A stretch of 64,000 bases of DNA, taken from positions 115,818,001-115,882,000 of the forward strand of contig NC_087437.1 of the NCBI RefSeq assembly GCF_036321535.1. Reading direction: 5' to 3'. The translations under genes were made by a program, and so were the position numbers. A model generated the notes under the pieces. It had not been told where the DNA came from and did not search any database. It saw only the letters and a program-made list of their open reading frames with translations. Each line of letters begins with the position of its first letter. Position 1 is the stretch's first letter. Below, one piece after another: positions 45,983 to 58,883 of the stretch. This stretch comes from Camelus dromedarius (Eukaryota).

Positions 45983-46983
45983 GGCCCCATATTACAGGTA
46001 TTTGATTTCACAACTGTCCCTCAGGGCAGGTGCCTCATTCTGGTTAGCCTAGGGCCTCCCTTAGCATCCTGACACCCAGTGAGTTTGTGAGCTATTACAC
46101 TGTGCTGAGTCAGAGTGGACGTCCTGAGGCCGATCTCTGTCACTCATTCTGCTGCTCAGAGGTCCGGTGGCCCGGCCTGCGCTTCTCAGCACAGAGCGTG
46201 CGCCTGCCTGGCTCTGGGGAAGTGCGAACTGCTGGTAGAGCTGGGTGTTAAACTTCCCAGCCAGCACCCCAGATCCTCCATCTGCTTGATATGACTTGCC
46301 TGTTAGAAATGCTCCCAAGATTCTCAAAAAATGGTCCTTCTAGATGGATTTATTATTTTCCTCCAGAAATTCACATGTATCTTAACTCTTCTAAGCCTCA
46401 GTCATCATGGGGACGTGTGATTCTGGCACAGTTTGGGACTATTCTGTGGGTATATCTCCCAAGAACCCCCAGATTCATATCTACCCTTTTGGCAAAACTA
46501 AGGTTGTGAAGGGGGCACCTCCTTAGACCACAGAGCCCCAAGGGCAGCAGTTTCCCCTGAGACTGTCACCTGTCTCCCGGAGAGCTGACAGGGCATGGAT
46601 GGAGGCTGAGAGTCAGCATGGGGACCTGCGGTGAGAATCAGTGGATCTCCATTCTCATGGTTAACATGGTTCTATATGCACCCAAGGGTAAGAAGCATCA
46701 GGAGAACTTAGGTTACAAGTAAGTTCTGAGCATTTTAGAAAATGTTCAAAGCACATTTAAAAGGAGATTTCAGACTAGGACTGTTCCTAGGTAAACCGCG
46801 TGGCAGCCTCCAAAGACTCTAACTCTAGGTTTTCCATCATTGCTACATGTTCTTTACACGTTGTTAACACAGAACAACACGTGCATTAGTTAGCATGTGC
46901 TAGTAACAGAGAAAAGCCACCTCTGTCACCTGTTGAGTGCTTACCAGACAGGAGGAGGCAACGTGCAGAGTGCTTTACATACT

Positions 46984-47337
46984 TGGCATAGCTCTGGCTG
47001 CTCTAACAAAATGCCGTGGGCTCAGGGCTTAAACAACAGCATTTATTTCTCAGAGTTCTGGAGGCTGGGAGGTCCAAGGTCAAGGTGCCGGCAGACTTGG
47101 TTCTTGGTGAGGGCCCTCCTCCTGGCCTGCGGACTACCGCCTTCTCCCTGTGTCCTCACAGGTATCCTTTCCTCTTCCTTTAAGGACACCAGTCCCATCC
47201 TGGAGGGCTCCACCCTCACGACTTCGTATGAAACTAATCACCTCCCAGAGGCCCCACCTCCCAGTACTTTCACACTGGGGGTTAAGGACTGGAACAGGTA
47301 CATTTTGTGGAGACACAAATTTTCAGTCCATATAACA
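46984..47337 (-). mobile_element. MaLR LTR (MLT1A0-like) inserted into a MIR
   Basis: ggcttaaacaacagcatttatttctcagagttctggaggctgggaggtccaaggtcaaggtgccggcaga...cacctcccagaggccccacctccc...ttcagtccatataaca; MIR pieces flank it at about 46925-46983 and 47340-47470. Confidence 0.9.
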
Positions 47338-47789
47338 TTATTTTTTTAATCTCCAAAACAAATCTTTGGGGAAAGTTTGTTTATTTTACAGGTGAAGAAA
47401 CTAGGGGTCAGAAACATTAAATTTCCTTGCTGAAGGTCACACCAGAAGTAGAGGGGATGAACACATGGTGGCCATTGCCCAAGGATCATGAAGTAGTTAG
47501 TAAAAATGTGACACCTCTCTGACCCTCCTCCATGGCAGGCGTCGCTAACAAGCACAGTGCTCTTCCCTGATGACCCCTCACGTGTGCCTACAACCGCTGT
47601 CAGCCCAGCCCTCCAGGCAATCAGTATTAATCAGCTGGAGTTGGTGATGACATGGGAGATGCAACTCCTTGCCCTCCTGGGGTCATAATGCTTTCCATCT
47701 CAGTGTTACGCTTGGCCCATTGCACTTAAACTGGAAGTATTATCTGCCACACGGGGTACGATGTAGGGCCAGGGGTCTTCTTGTTAAAA

Positions 47790-47890
47790 ATTTTTTTTTT
47801 AAAATTTGTTTTACTGTGGTAAGAACATTTAGCATGAAATCTACCCTCTTAACAAACTGTTGAGTGTATAACACAGTATTCTTAGTATTA
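47790..47890 (-). mobile_element. L1MA extreme 3' fragment
   Basis: poly-T then tgtggtaagaacatttagcatgaaatctaccctcttaacaaa...gtgtataacacagtatt. Confidence 0.8.
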
Positions 47891-48109
47891 GAATGTGGCC
47901 AGCACTTAGATGAGTCAAGTTCTTCCTGTTCCACGTGGGGCATCAGACTCTGGTCACCTTTGTCTACCTCACAGTTCAGCTGAGCAGGAAGCCAACATGT
48001 AGGGGTGCAGTCACCCCAACTGTGATGGCTCGAAGGCCACGTGCGGAGCCTGGGTCCACTTCTCCACCCGCATCTCCGCTCGGCTGATGCCTGCTGCCGT
48101 TCTAATGTG

Positions 48110-48310
48110 GGGGGAAAGAGACGGAGCTTTGGAGTGAAGTTAAGTGGAGTTTGGTTCTCAGATCTGCCACGTACTAGCAGTGTGGCCCTGGACATCTTGC
48201 CTAATTTCTTTGCATCATGCTCTCTTCATTTTAAAATGAGGCAGTCGTGAGGACTAGACGGGACAATGTGAATAATGTGATCTTGGCAGCCGATAAGCAT
48301 TCAGTCAATA
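48110..48310 (+). mobile_element. MIR SINE
   Basis: gctttggagtga...tctgccacgtactagcagtgtggccctggaca...cttcattttaaaatgagg. Confidence 0.65.
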
Positions 48311-49845
48311 TATGATGGGTAAACATCTTAGCTGTGATTGTCGACAGTTCCTTTCTCTGTGTCTATATTTTATGTCTCTGAGTAGAGCGTAAGATCCTTA
48401 AAAAAACAGGGTTCCCCTGAGAGCACCTCACAGAGATTGCTTCGCGCATAGTAGGACCTAACAAATGTGTACCCTAAATCATGGCTGATGGACTATTTTT
48501 AAATTCTGGTCTTGGTTGACCTGGATTCTGTTCTCTTTGGTCCTTTACCTTGAATCCAGGCCAGCATCTGAGAATATAGTTTAAAAGGCAAATGAACAAG
48601 GTGCTGGAGTGTTCTCCCATCATCTGTGTATGAACCTATCTAAAGCTGTCTACAAGCTTGCTTGGTGCCCCCTTGGGTTGATCTGAGCCTGGGAGGAGCG
48701 TGGCTGGGGGTGGTTGAAGCACAACGGCTTCCTGATGGGCAGGAAGCTCTGCATCCCTGGACATGGTGGTTCCCGGGAGACCTTTTGGGAGGCAGGCCCG
48801 GGGTGTGCTTATCCTGCTTCTGATGGGTGTCTTGTGAAGCATGCTGACTGGTTCCACACTGGGGAACACCGCAGAATGCCAGGACACTTCTTTTGCTCTG
48901 AAAGAAAGAGAAGGTCTGACTGCCTTTTCTTTCTGAGTCACACACGTGGAATTTTTATGTTGTGTGTCCAAGAGGATGGGCCCCTGCCTTGGAATCCCCC
49001 AATAAATGAACTTATTTCTCTGGGGACCTGCAGTGACTTTTAATGGACACAGCCATGCTGGGAATAAAACAGAAAAGGTGGTGCCTGCCTCCCCCTTGGG
49101 AATCTAATACTGATTAGTTTTGAAAGCAAAATGGAACTGGCTTCCCCCCCAAAAATCAGGGTACAGATTTTAAAGCAAGAAAGAACTGGCAGGAGAACCA
49201 TGAGGAATATGCATTAAAGTTTGAGCCTAGTCCTGGGAAGGTCAGAAATGTTTTCCTTAAGGCCATGGTTCCATCGCAGTGACTTTAATTAAGAATAATG
49301 CGGCTGGGTCATCTCTGCCCTCATCCTGGTGTTATTCCCATCCCAGGTGGAGAGACCTCTTTTTTAAGGTCAGGGACAGAAAGCTAATGTGATTAAAATC
49401 TAGCTTTCCCATTTCTCAAGTACCAGTCGTGGGCAGACACGAGAAGATGAGAAGAAAGATCTGTTACTGCTCGAGGCATTCACGCATGCAGTTTTAATAC
49501 CACTCATGCTGATGGATCACTTAATGAAGCTGCTTGTGGATTCCCAGTTTTCCTCCGGGGTTCTGCATTAATTTTAGACAAACAATATTCATCAAAGTGC
49601 TTGTCATTCTTGCTTTGATCAAGAGAGGTGACTATATAAAGATATAACAGAATTTGGGCCCCATTCCAGAAGCTAGTCATAGAACATGGTGCTTCTTTTT
49701 ATTTTATCTTTTTGATATAGTGTAGAATGTTCACTTTAATTTGATTTGGGAGTGATATTAAGATAACTCGACAAAATACTGATTTAGAACATCCTTCTTA
49801 CTCTTGCCTCCACACTTATTCCCATGCTTCCTACAGTGTGACTGA

Positions 49846-50250
49846 TGTACCGATGATTGATTGTAAAAACGCCCCCTGTATTCATGATCTTTACAATGTG
49901 ACTTTGCAGCTTTGTCCAATAAGAGATAGAGTCTTCTCCCCAAAACCCCTACCTTGAATCTGGGCTGACTTTGTGATTTATTTTGGCCAACAGAATGTGG
50001 CAGAGGTGAAGCTGCCAGTTCGCTTCCTCTCTCAGAAATGAGCCCACGCCAGCCTGCTGGAGGATGAGAGACCACGTGGAGCAGAGACAAACCACTCAGT
50101 CTCTGCCAACTTGATAGCTGACCTGGATACATGTGTGACTCCCATCAAGACTGGAGGAGAATCATCTAGAGAAGCCCAACTCAAATTTGCTAAACCACTG
50201 AATTACTAACTTTGGGGATGTTTGTTATGCAGCCAACACTGACTAGTATA
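49846..50250 (+). mobile_element. MaLR LTR (MLT1H-like)
   Basis: caatgtgactttgcagct...ccttgaatctgggctgactttgtgatttattttggccaacagaatgtggcagagg...gatgagagaccacgtggagcagag...ttggggatgtttgttatgcag. Confidence 0.85.
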
Positions 50251-50439
50251 ATGCCAAAGAGAGGTTCTTCTGCTAATCTATCAAGAACTCCTTAAAGGAA
50301 AAATAACCCTCATTGGAGAATCATCATCAAAAAGACTGAAGCTTCTTCTGGAAGCTTTACCATTTCACTCCTCTCAAGAAAATCATGGTAAACAGTTACA
50401 TCAACTTTGGCATACTGCATACAGAACCAAGTCCACCTC

Positions 50440-51251
50440 TTCCTCCCCAGTCACCTCCCTCTCACTTCCAAGTCTTCCTTGTTGCTGGGGATGACCATGG
50501 GAGATAAGTGGAAGTCACCCAAGGAGTTCTTTCCTGAAAAAGGGACATACAGTTTTTGCACTCCTTTCTCCTTCCTGTCAGAATTGCAATGCTTGGATTA
50601 TGGCATCCACTTTTGCCCCCTATTGTGGACTGAATTGTGTTCCCCAGAATTTATGCTGAAGTTTTAACTGTATTTGACTGTATGTGACTGTATTTGGAAA
50701 TGAGGCTTTTTAGGAGGTAATTAAAGTTAATGAAGTCATAAGAGTCTGTTTCTAATCTGATAGGATTTGTGACCTTATAAGAACAGGAAGTGAGAGCTCT
50801 CTCTGTCTCTTCTCTCACCCCATCCCCCATAAACACACACCAAAAAAAGACCATGTGAACCCAAAACAAGAAGGTGGCTGTCTGCAAGCTGAGAAGAGAG
50901 CCCTTCCCAGAACCCAACCACGCCGGCACCCCAATCTCAGACTTTCAGCCTCTAGAACTATGAGAAAATTAATCTCCATTGTTTAAGCCTTCCAGGCTAT
51001 GGTATTTTGTTATGGCAGGCTGAGCCTGGGGATGACAAACTTGAGGACGAAAGGTTTACTTGCTAAGTTTGGCAGAGATGAAAGGAAGAGTCTAGGTCTT
51101 TGGATGGAAACTTTGGGTGGTGGAATCAGTACCAATCACTCCTACCCCCAAATTCATGTTATGTGACAAAAGCATACTCCTTCCTATGGTTTAGCCCACT
51201 TTCCATAAGCTTCTCTGTTATTTACAGCCAAAGGTGTTCCTAAGTGATGCA
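50440..51251 (+). mobile_element. Old MaLR LTR (MLT1K/L-like) interrupted by MLT1A
   Basis: gagataagtggaagtca...tcctttctccttcctg // gctaagtttggcagag...gttatgtgacaaaa...tctgttatttacagccaaaggtgttcctaagtgatgca. Confidence 0.55.
50621..51027 (+). mobile_element. MaLR LTR (MLT1A/A1-like)
   Basis: tgtggactgaattgtgttccccagaatttatgctgaag...gaaggtggctgtctgcaagc...tcagactttcagcctctagaactatgagaaa...tatggtattttgttatggcag. Confidence 0.88.
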
Positions 51252-51799
51252 CGTAAATGTAACTTTCCTCTGGCTCAGAACTTTAGTATCTTGGGTCACT
51301 TTGGGCACATATCCATTTGCTTGTGGTCCGAGGGTAAGACTAATGGGTCTAAACACTGGTACAGCACTTGTGAACTCCAAGGCCACTGCAAAAATCCAGG
51401 TGTGTGAGTGATGGGATGAGGGAAGGGCTGGAGGTCAATACAGGGTGGGGAGGGACCATTCTGAGGTTCTCGAAAGTTTGGGAATGGACTGCAGTCTAGT
51501 CTCCAATGTGACCAGTCTAGTCTTTCCATCTCTGATGGCTGTGTTTAAAATCAGTGTCTCTCTTTGTGGTTTCTTGGGGCACTGGGTTGGGACTCCTCGA
51601 ATTGTGATTAGCAGGCATGTCTTCTTCAGCTTTGACTGCATCAGGGAGAAGATATCCATTCCTGAGATGCTCTTATCAAAAGGAGATAAAGAAAAATAGG
51701 GAAGCAACAATGAGGGAGTGCTGCTTGCCTGCCATTTAATGCCCACAAACCTGAAAAGCAATAACCAGCATTGATTGTTGCCCTCTTTTTGCCAGGCAG

Positions 51800-51970
51800 C
51801 GTCACTGAATATTTTACATGTATTCTCTTAACATGGTTCTCAAAGTAGCCCTGTGCTCCAGGCACAGTTACTATCCCCATTTCATAGATGAACAGCCTGA
51901 GGTGTAGAGCCATTAAATGCCTTGCCCAAGGCTTGCAGACCTCAGGCAGCAGAGTCAGGACTGAAACTTT
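51800..51970 (-). mobile_element. MIR SINE
   Basis: ctatccccatttcatagatgaacagcctgagg...aaatgccttgcccaagg. Confidence 0.75.
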
Positions 51971-53769
51971 TAGCTGCATTGAACCGTCAGGCTGCATCAG
52001 TCTGTGTGATGAAACCAAGCGATTAGAACCAAGGTGGATCTCTGATGACCGTAGGTGACCTGCATGTGACTGAGGGGATTGTGGCTCTAGTCTCTTCAAA
52101 ATGCAAGAGCAGTAGTTTGCTAGATAACTTCTTCCCTCCCCCCTGACCTTTGTAAGCATTTGGAGAGAACTTTGCAAACAGGGCTGAAACAGTCAAGCTA
52201 ATCAAATCAAAACCATCCTTCCCCACCACCCTGCCCCAAAGGATCACACTGGTGTTTGCTAATGTGAATCCTTTCTGTTCAAAGTTTAATACCTCATCCA
52301 AGGGCTCCACAATTACATTTCCATTACTTCCCACTGTTTCTCACAGTTGGGTTGCAAAAGCCAATTTATGTTGTGATTTCTCCTTTGCTAGCTCTTTACC
52401 GTCTATTTTTAAATTTGTCTCACAGTCCAACTGGGGGCCTCCTCACAGTGTTGGCTCCATGGTGCTGTTGGAACACCAGCCCCGAGAGGGACCTTGTCCT
52501 CCGGCCACACAGCGCCCTCTGGACCAGCCATGAGGTCGCGGGAAGACTCTGTCCTTGGACATGTCTCCAGCTTTTTCTCACTCCTCTAGGGCAGTTTCTG
52601 ATTAACCTTACATTAAAAAAAGAAATACACAAAACATTTCCTTGTGTATTCTAAAATGAAGAGAAATGACCGTGTTGCCCGAATGCCTCTGATCTGGGGT
52701 TTGAGGACCCAGACGGAAGTGGGCTTATCACATGGCTGACCCCCACGGCGGCTCTATGGGCTGTAAGCTGGAGGCCAGGTTTGCTAGGGTTCTGGAGCAG
52801 GGCTGGGGTGAGGTGGGGACAAACATAGTGCCCTTTAACAAGAAGAAAGAAGAGTTTCAAGAGTACCTTTAGAGATGGGCTGGCAGCCTGGAACAACAGT
52901 ATTTGTATTGGCATAAATGACCTCTAACAAAAGAGAGCCAAGGCGCATGAAAGAAAATATAATTCCAGGATGGTGTGGACCATAGCGGTCTAATATTTGG
53001 AGAGGTTTTTCTTGATGGGAGATTTTATTTCCCACCTGCCTTTGTTTTTGTAATTCTCCAAGGTGACAGGCCAGTGAAATAGAACCATCTGCATTTCTTC
53101 TCTAATCTGTTGGCAAAGACTGAAGTAATTTTTTAAGCCAGCTTTTAAAATGCCCCTATTTAATCCCACCTTACTTTCTTCATATGAATTAGGCGGGGAC
53201 TTTTTGTTGATATGAGAGAGATGTGACTTCATCCATCCATGATTGCGTTGTGATTTGGTCCATTTAGTTGCCAGTGAATACATGGAGGTGTGTGGCCTCC
53301 TAGGCTCAGCCAGCAGGTTCATGATAAAATAAGAGAAAGCAAGTGAAGAAATACTTTGGTCCCTGGCCGGGCCATGGATGCTGCTGTGTCAGCTGCCATC
53401 CATCTGTCTACTGCCTTGTGACTGATTGTGTCCTTAGACACAGCCCCTGCATCTCCGGCAAACCCTGCCCAACTCGCTGTGCTATCCCAGCTCTGTGGGC
53501 TCAGTTCGTACACTGGCTGGGCCACCAGTTGCCCAGATCAATCACCAAGTTGATTATTGTTGGTCTTTGAGCTCAGTCCCCTCTCTGCCTTCACCCTGGT
53601 GGCGTACTGTGAAAAGAACCACGATGCCTCTTTTTGCCCATCTCTTTGAAGAGAATGATGTTAAAAATTTGCAAGCAACAAAGCCAGACTTTCTGCAATG
53701 TTTTGGGAGGAGCACAGATTCTGGAGTCCTGGAGTGCAGGGAGGGGGAAGGTGAGGGAGGAAGCGGCTA

Positions 53770-53915
53770 AGGTTGACGGAGCATCTACTCCATGCTAAGG
53801 GCTTTATGATGGTTGTCTCATTTAATCCTCACAATAGGTTTAGTTATTACTGAATTTTGCAGATTAGGAACATGCATCCCATGAGGATAGGTTATTTCCC
53901 CACCATCACATAAGG
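53770..53915 (-). mobile_element. MIR SINE
   Basis: tgtctcatttaatcctcacaatagg...attttgcagattaggaaca. Confidence 0.65.
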
Positions 53916-54699
53916 ACACTGAAGTCCTGTGCCCTTTGCATCTTCTTGACAGTGGGAGTATCTGTCCACTCTAATCAAAAGGCGTTTTCCAGTCAAGGTT
54001 TCATGAGACAGTCCACACAGAAGCACATCTGTAAACTCTGGACTGAAGGTCACTGCTACTGCTTCCTACATGGAGATTCTCTTGGGTTCCTGGGGGTTTG
54101 GCCACTTCCACAAAGTAGGACGACCAAGGCCCTGTGATGTATGAGGCCTGATCCAAAGCAAGGTCATGAGCCCCTTCTCTGGAGGTGCCGACTGCTGCAC
54201 AAGGTAAGGCTTCCCACTGGGAACTTTGTTCATTCTTTCAGAGTCACTGAAAGCCTGATTGGGGAAGGTCTGTCAACTCCATGTTTACCCCATTAGAACC
54301 TGGAAAAAGTCATCCTTTCTATATATCAGGATGGGATGGCCTAATCCCAAGAAAGTTGGAAGGGACTTAGGGTTAGAAAACCTCCATGGTTTAAGTGTTA
54401 CTTCTAGAATGTTCCCTATCCATTCTGTTTGAGAGGTTGGTTTCTCTTGTCAAACAGAGCAGGTTATTTCATTCATTCATGAAGAAATAGTGTGCAGGCT
54501 GTGAATGGGTGTCAGTGCAGCTGCCTCATGAAGGTGACCACATCTGCCACACCGAGTCACCTCCCTCTCCCCACATCTCCAGCTGTGAGCTGAGACGCCA
54601 CAGGTAGACACCACAGAATCCAAAGCCACCACTTTCTGGGTACATCTGCTCTGAAGCGAAAAGTTTGGTTAAGGAAGCAAGGGCTGCCTTGTCTTGAAG

Positions 54700-54870
54700 C
54701 CTTACTAAGTGCCAGGCTCTCTACTAAACACATGAAGTGCTTCATCGCATTTAGTCCTGGCCGGAACCATGCAAGGGAGATGCTAGTTCCAGGGGAACAG
54801 GGCACTCAAGGAGGTTAAGTAGGTTGGCCAAGTGGGAAGTTCAGAAGCTGGGGTTTAGACTCTGGTGAGG
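54700..54870 (-). mobile_element. MIR SINE remnant
   Basis: ttactaagtgccaggctct...catcgcatttagtcct...gaggttaagtaggttggccaag...gaagctggggtttagactc. Confidence 0.55.
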
Positions 54871-55059
54871 ACTTAAACACATCACCACACAGCTTAGGCA
54901 AGGACGGCTTGGCTAGTGCCTGACTTGTCATTTGATGTGGACTCTGGCTTGAAGTAAATGAACACTACCTTCCCTTATCATAAATGGAAGGTGGGAAATC
55001 ATACATTTATGAAAGTAAAAGATCCTCTATCCACTAAAATAAAGCCATAGAGTTTAGCA

Positions 55060-55349
55060 CATTGTTTTTCAAACTTTGGGACAATACCTCACAGTAAGAA
55101 ATATATTTTTTATCATGATTCAGAGGATATACTTAGATATGCATGCACTCGTGAATATGTGTGTGTGTAGACTCAAACCAAAATTTCACAGAATAATTCT
55201 TTCTAATCTACCATATACTCTACACTGAAAGATTCTCTATCCTCTTTTTCCCTATTTCAATTTCTTTTTTACAGTGCTGGTTAAATTTATTTTGTTAAAT
55301 TCGTTTTTTCCCCACAACTGTAGGCTGTGATCCCCAGTCACAGAGACTG
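55060..55349. mobile_element. hAT-Charlie MITE (MER112/Charlie4-like; subfamily uncertain)
   Basis: cattgtttttcaaactttgg...cacagtaagaaatatatttt...aaccaaaatttcaca...ggctgtgatccccagt...gactg. Confidence 0.55.
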
Positions 55350-55590
55350 GTTAATAGAGGTGACGTCTCTGGAACAGACTGTCTGAGTTGGAAGTTAAGA
55401 TCTTCTTGGCTGTCTGACTTTGTGTCAATCCCTGAACCCCTCGTGCCTCAGTTTCCTCGTCTATAAAGTGAAAATAGTGAAATAATTCCCACCTCAAAGG
55501 GTTGTTTTAGCAGCTAGGTGAAATAATACAGATGAAGTGCTTACACTGAAGGCTGGTGAAAGCAGATGCCTAGTTAATGTTGATTTCCTA
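55350..55590 (+). mobile_element. MIR SINE
   Basis: tctggaacagactgtctgagttg...gtgcctcagtttcctcgtctataaagtgaaaatagt. Confidence 0.75.
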
Positions 55591-57399
55591 ATTATTTCGA
55601 ATGACTTTTCAACAGTATACTTATTTTGTGTCTGTATCTGCTATTTAATAACATTAAAAAAATTAAGGCAGTGGGTATCCATGGGAGGGAGGCAAGTCTG
55701 TCTATGAGTGGGTTCAATGTCTGGGTAGTGATCATATAAACCCTACTCTTCTAGGGCTTAGAGGCAGGTGTGGCTGATTTGAAGTTGGAAACAGCAAAAC
55801 TAAAATTCATACATAACTCTATGTCTTAGGTTAAAGTATGTCCGTAATACGGACACAGAATCACAGACAGAAGGTTAAATTATTCTCAGTCTGAACTCTA
55901 CCTATAGGAGGTGGGGAGACATGTAACATATTTTAGAAAAATTTCCATCCAGATAATAAAATGACACCAAAGTGTTGGCACTATTAAGGGGTGAATTCTG
56001 TTATCTGGAAGACTGGTTCCCGTGGAGACATTTTCCCCACGACGCCTGTGGGAAGATGAAAGGTCACTTTATGGAAACTTTCCCATTTGTGATTTACAGC
56101 TGGTACAGCAGGAGGTGCTGGGGTGAAATTAGGACAGGAAGAGGCTACATTAGCCCTCAGAGCAGGGTTCCATTTCTAAGAAGGACAGTGGAAGTTCCTT
56201 GAGTTAGGCCTGTGGGAAGGGGAGATCGCCAGATGGAATTCAATCACAATCTTTAGTAGTTTAAAAAAAGAAAAGAAAGAAAATTAAATAATTATCTCTT
56301 GCTGGGTGGGTGTAATTTTATTATGCCTGTTTTATAGATCAGGAAATAGAGCCATAAGGGGTTAAGAGATTTTCCTAGGTGTGAACCCCCTGAGATTTCT
56401 TCCTGTTTTAATGCAGTACGATGTAGTCTTATCTTGCTCCTTGCATTTAAGATGTAGAAAAATTATAAGTTCTGTGGAATACTGAGATGAAGGGACAACC
56501 TTTTAAAAACAACATGAGAAAGGCTAGGGTCTTCTGTGACAGAATAGAACTCTGATTGGCTATTGTTCATTCTTCGGGGCCACAAAGTGGGGTTTATGTT
56601 TGCCTTAACACAAGGTTGCGTCTGGATCTTTCTTCCTGTCTTTTTTATGGATATTGCATGGAAGTGAAAAGGTTCCAAGATGTGTCAGCAAACTGAAGGA
56701 TTTGCTCTTAGCTGGATCAATGACCCTCCCCTTTCTCTCTCTTAGGAGCTTGGTGTGTTGGAGACTAAGCAAAATTAAAGTGATATTAAGATGGATTAAT
56801 CCATTAAAATAGATTAAGCCCATGAACCCAAGGAAAGATTGACTTCAGTGTCAAGGCGCAAAGTGGCTGGCTGTTTTGGAAGTCTAAGGTGGCAGGTTCA
56901 AGGCCAGTAGCCTGGCGTGAGTGGCCACAGACAGAACCAACCTTCGCTTCATTCAGAAGTATTTGGGTCTAATTCTAGCTTTGTTCTTCCCCACACAAAG
57001 TGAAGTACTTGGATGAGATGGTCTCTGAGAGACCTCCTGGTTCTGACGCTGAGATTTAAGGTCATTTTCAAAAGAGGACCCTCCCCAACCCCAGTCAGGT
57101 CTCATTACCAGACACCGAACCCGTATGTTATTCATCTGCGTGGCTGCAGCTGGCGATAAGGTGTCTTCTCTGGATTCTCTTTTGTGCCTTTTAGGAGCTA
57201 CAGTGCAGAAGGATTTGGGTGTGAGATGCAAACAGTAAAAAAGTGAGATTGCTTGTGTAGTCGTGACAGTTTGTGAAACCCACCGTTGGATGTAAATGGG
57301 CAATAGAATATAAGTTTCACAATCAACAATTTATGTAGTTGCATTTCCATGACACAGGATTTTACCAATAATAAAAACAAAATGGTGACATTGTTGACT

Positions 57400-57833
57400 T
57401 GCTACCAACAGACATTTCTCTACCTCTTTTTTTTCCCCTTTTGGGTCTACCATCCACAACAGAAATTTCAAGTGCCAGACATCCACTTTTCCAGCCTTAC
57501 AACTAGGGCTTGGCTATGTTTTCCATTCCTGAGGGAAAGTTGGCAGATGAAGTGGGTGGGATAAAATGAGAGAGGAGAAGACTCTTCCTGCTCCTTCCTG
57601 CTTTTGAATCTGGGTGAGGCAGGATATGATGTGTGGAGCCATGTCAGCCATCTTAGCTCCAAGAGGAGAAGGCCAAGAAAAGCAAAGGGAAATGGACTCA
57701 TGACAGCCCAGAGTATCTACAGCTGCGGAGCTCTGAACGTCTCGTATGTGTGATTTATCAACGATCCCTGAGTATTCAAGTTACGTTAGTCAGACAATTC
57801 CTCAGCTGTAGTTGAGAGCTTCCTAATTGATAA
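57400..57833 (+). mobile_element. Old MaLR LTR (MLT1I/J/L-like)
   Basis: ccttcctgcttttgaatc...gatatgatgtgtggagccatgtcagccatctt...gaaggccaaga...gttgagagcttcctaattgata. Confidence 0.6.
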
Positions 57834-57839
57834 CCTATT

Positions 57840-58000
57840 AAGTTACTGCTCTATACTGGGCACTGTGCTGAGAGTTCCCTCTTACATCGTTCTAATAATA
57901 CAACAATTCTATAAAGTCTATCTATTTTTAGTACTGATTTAGAGATGAAGAAGCAGAAACCCAGAAACAGAAGTTACTGGTCTTGGAACAGTGGTCAGCA
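57840..58000 (-). mobile_element. MIR SINE
   Basis: ctatactgggcactgtgctgag...caacaattctataaag...tttagagatgaagaagcagaaacccagaaa. Confidence 0.6.
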
Positions 58001-58219
58001 AGTGGTTGTTCCTCTTTTTCCAAACCCTTATCCTGTGCTTCCGTCACAAGTAGGGAAGGCAGACATACACATGGGGTCTGGGGAGACCCAGAAAAGGCTC
58101 TGTCTTTGCCTTGAATCTTCCTCCCTGTAGACCCCATGTCTCATGAGTCCTACCGCTGGCATCTCCTTAAGAAGTCTTTTTGGAAATTGTGCACTTGAAT
58201 GTGGCTAAATCATGGTGCT

Positions 58220-58746
58220 GTCCCAAGAGAAATTAAACCTACATCCACACAAGAACTCACAGAATGATGTTCATCACAGCATTATTCACAATAGCCAAAA
58301 GATGGAAAAGATCCAAATGTCCATCAGCTGACAAATGGATAACTAAAACATGGTCTATCCATACAATGGAGTATAATCCAGTCATAAAAAGAATGAAGAG
58401 TTGATACACGCTACAACATGGATGGGCAAACATGCTCTGTGAAAGAAGCCAGTCAAAAAGGAGCACACATTGTATGATTATATTCACATAAAAGTCCAGA
58501 ACAGGGAAATCTGTTGAGACAGTAAGAAATCTGTCAGTGGTTGCTTAGGGCTGGGGGACACTGGAGATGGGGAGGTGATAGGTAAAGAGTTTGAGATTTC
58601 TTTTTGAGTTGATAAAAATCTTCTAAAATTGACATCAGTGATGGTTGCACATATCTGAGAATATACTAAACCCAATGATCTATCCACTTTAAATGAATAA
58701 ATTGTATGGTATGTGAATTATATCTCAATAAAGCTGTTAAGAAAAA
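58220..58746 (+). mobile_element. L1MB-type LINE-1 3' end
   Basis: cagcattattcacaatagccaaaagatggaaa...ccaaatgtccatcagctgacaaatggataa...ggtatgtgaattatatctcaataaagctgttaagaaaaa. Confidence 0.92.
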
Positions 58747-58883
58747 GCATAGCACTTCTTGGAGGGGCAGCACCTTGGCTAGTTATCCGTCATAGGGGGG
58801 CTCAGGCTCCAGCAATGGGGTGGGAAGGGGGAGAAGAAGACAAGGGTCAGGGGCAGGAGAAGCCAGAAACAGGGAGGCTGGTG

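Noticed and set aside
57180..57400. Small ORF or ancient conserved repeat next to the MLT1 LTR
   Set aside because: I found no recognisable homology, splice structure or terminal repeats; it cannot be supported without a search.
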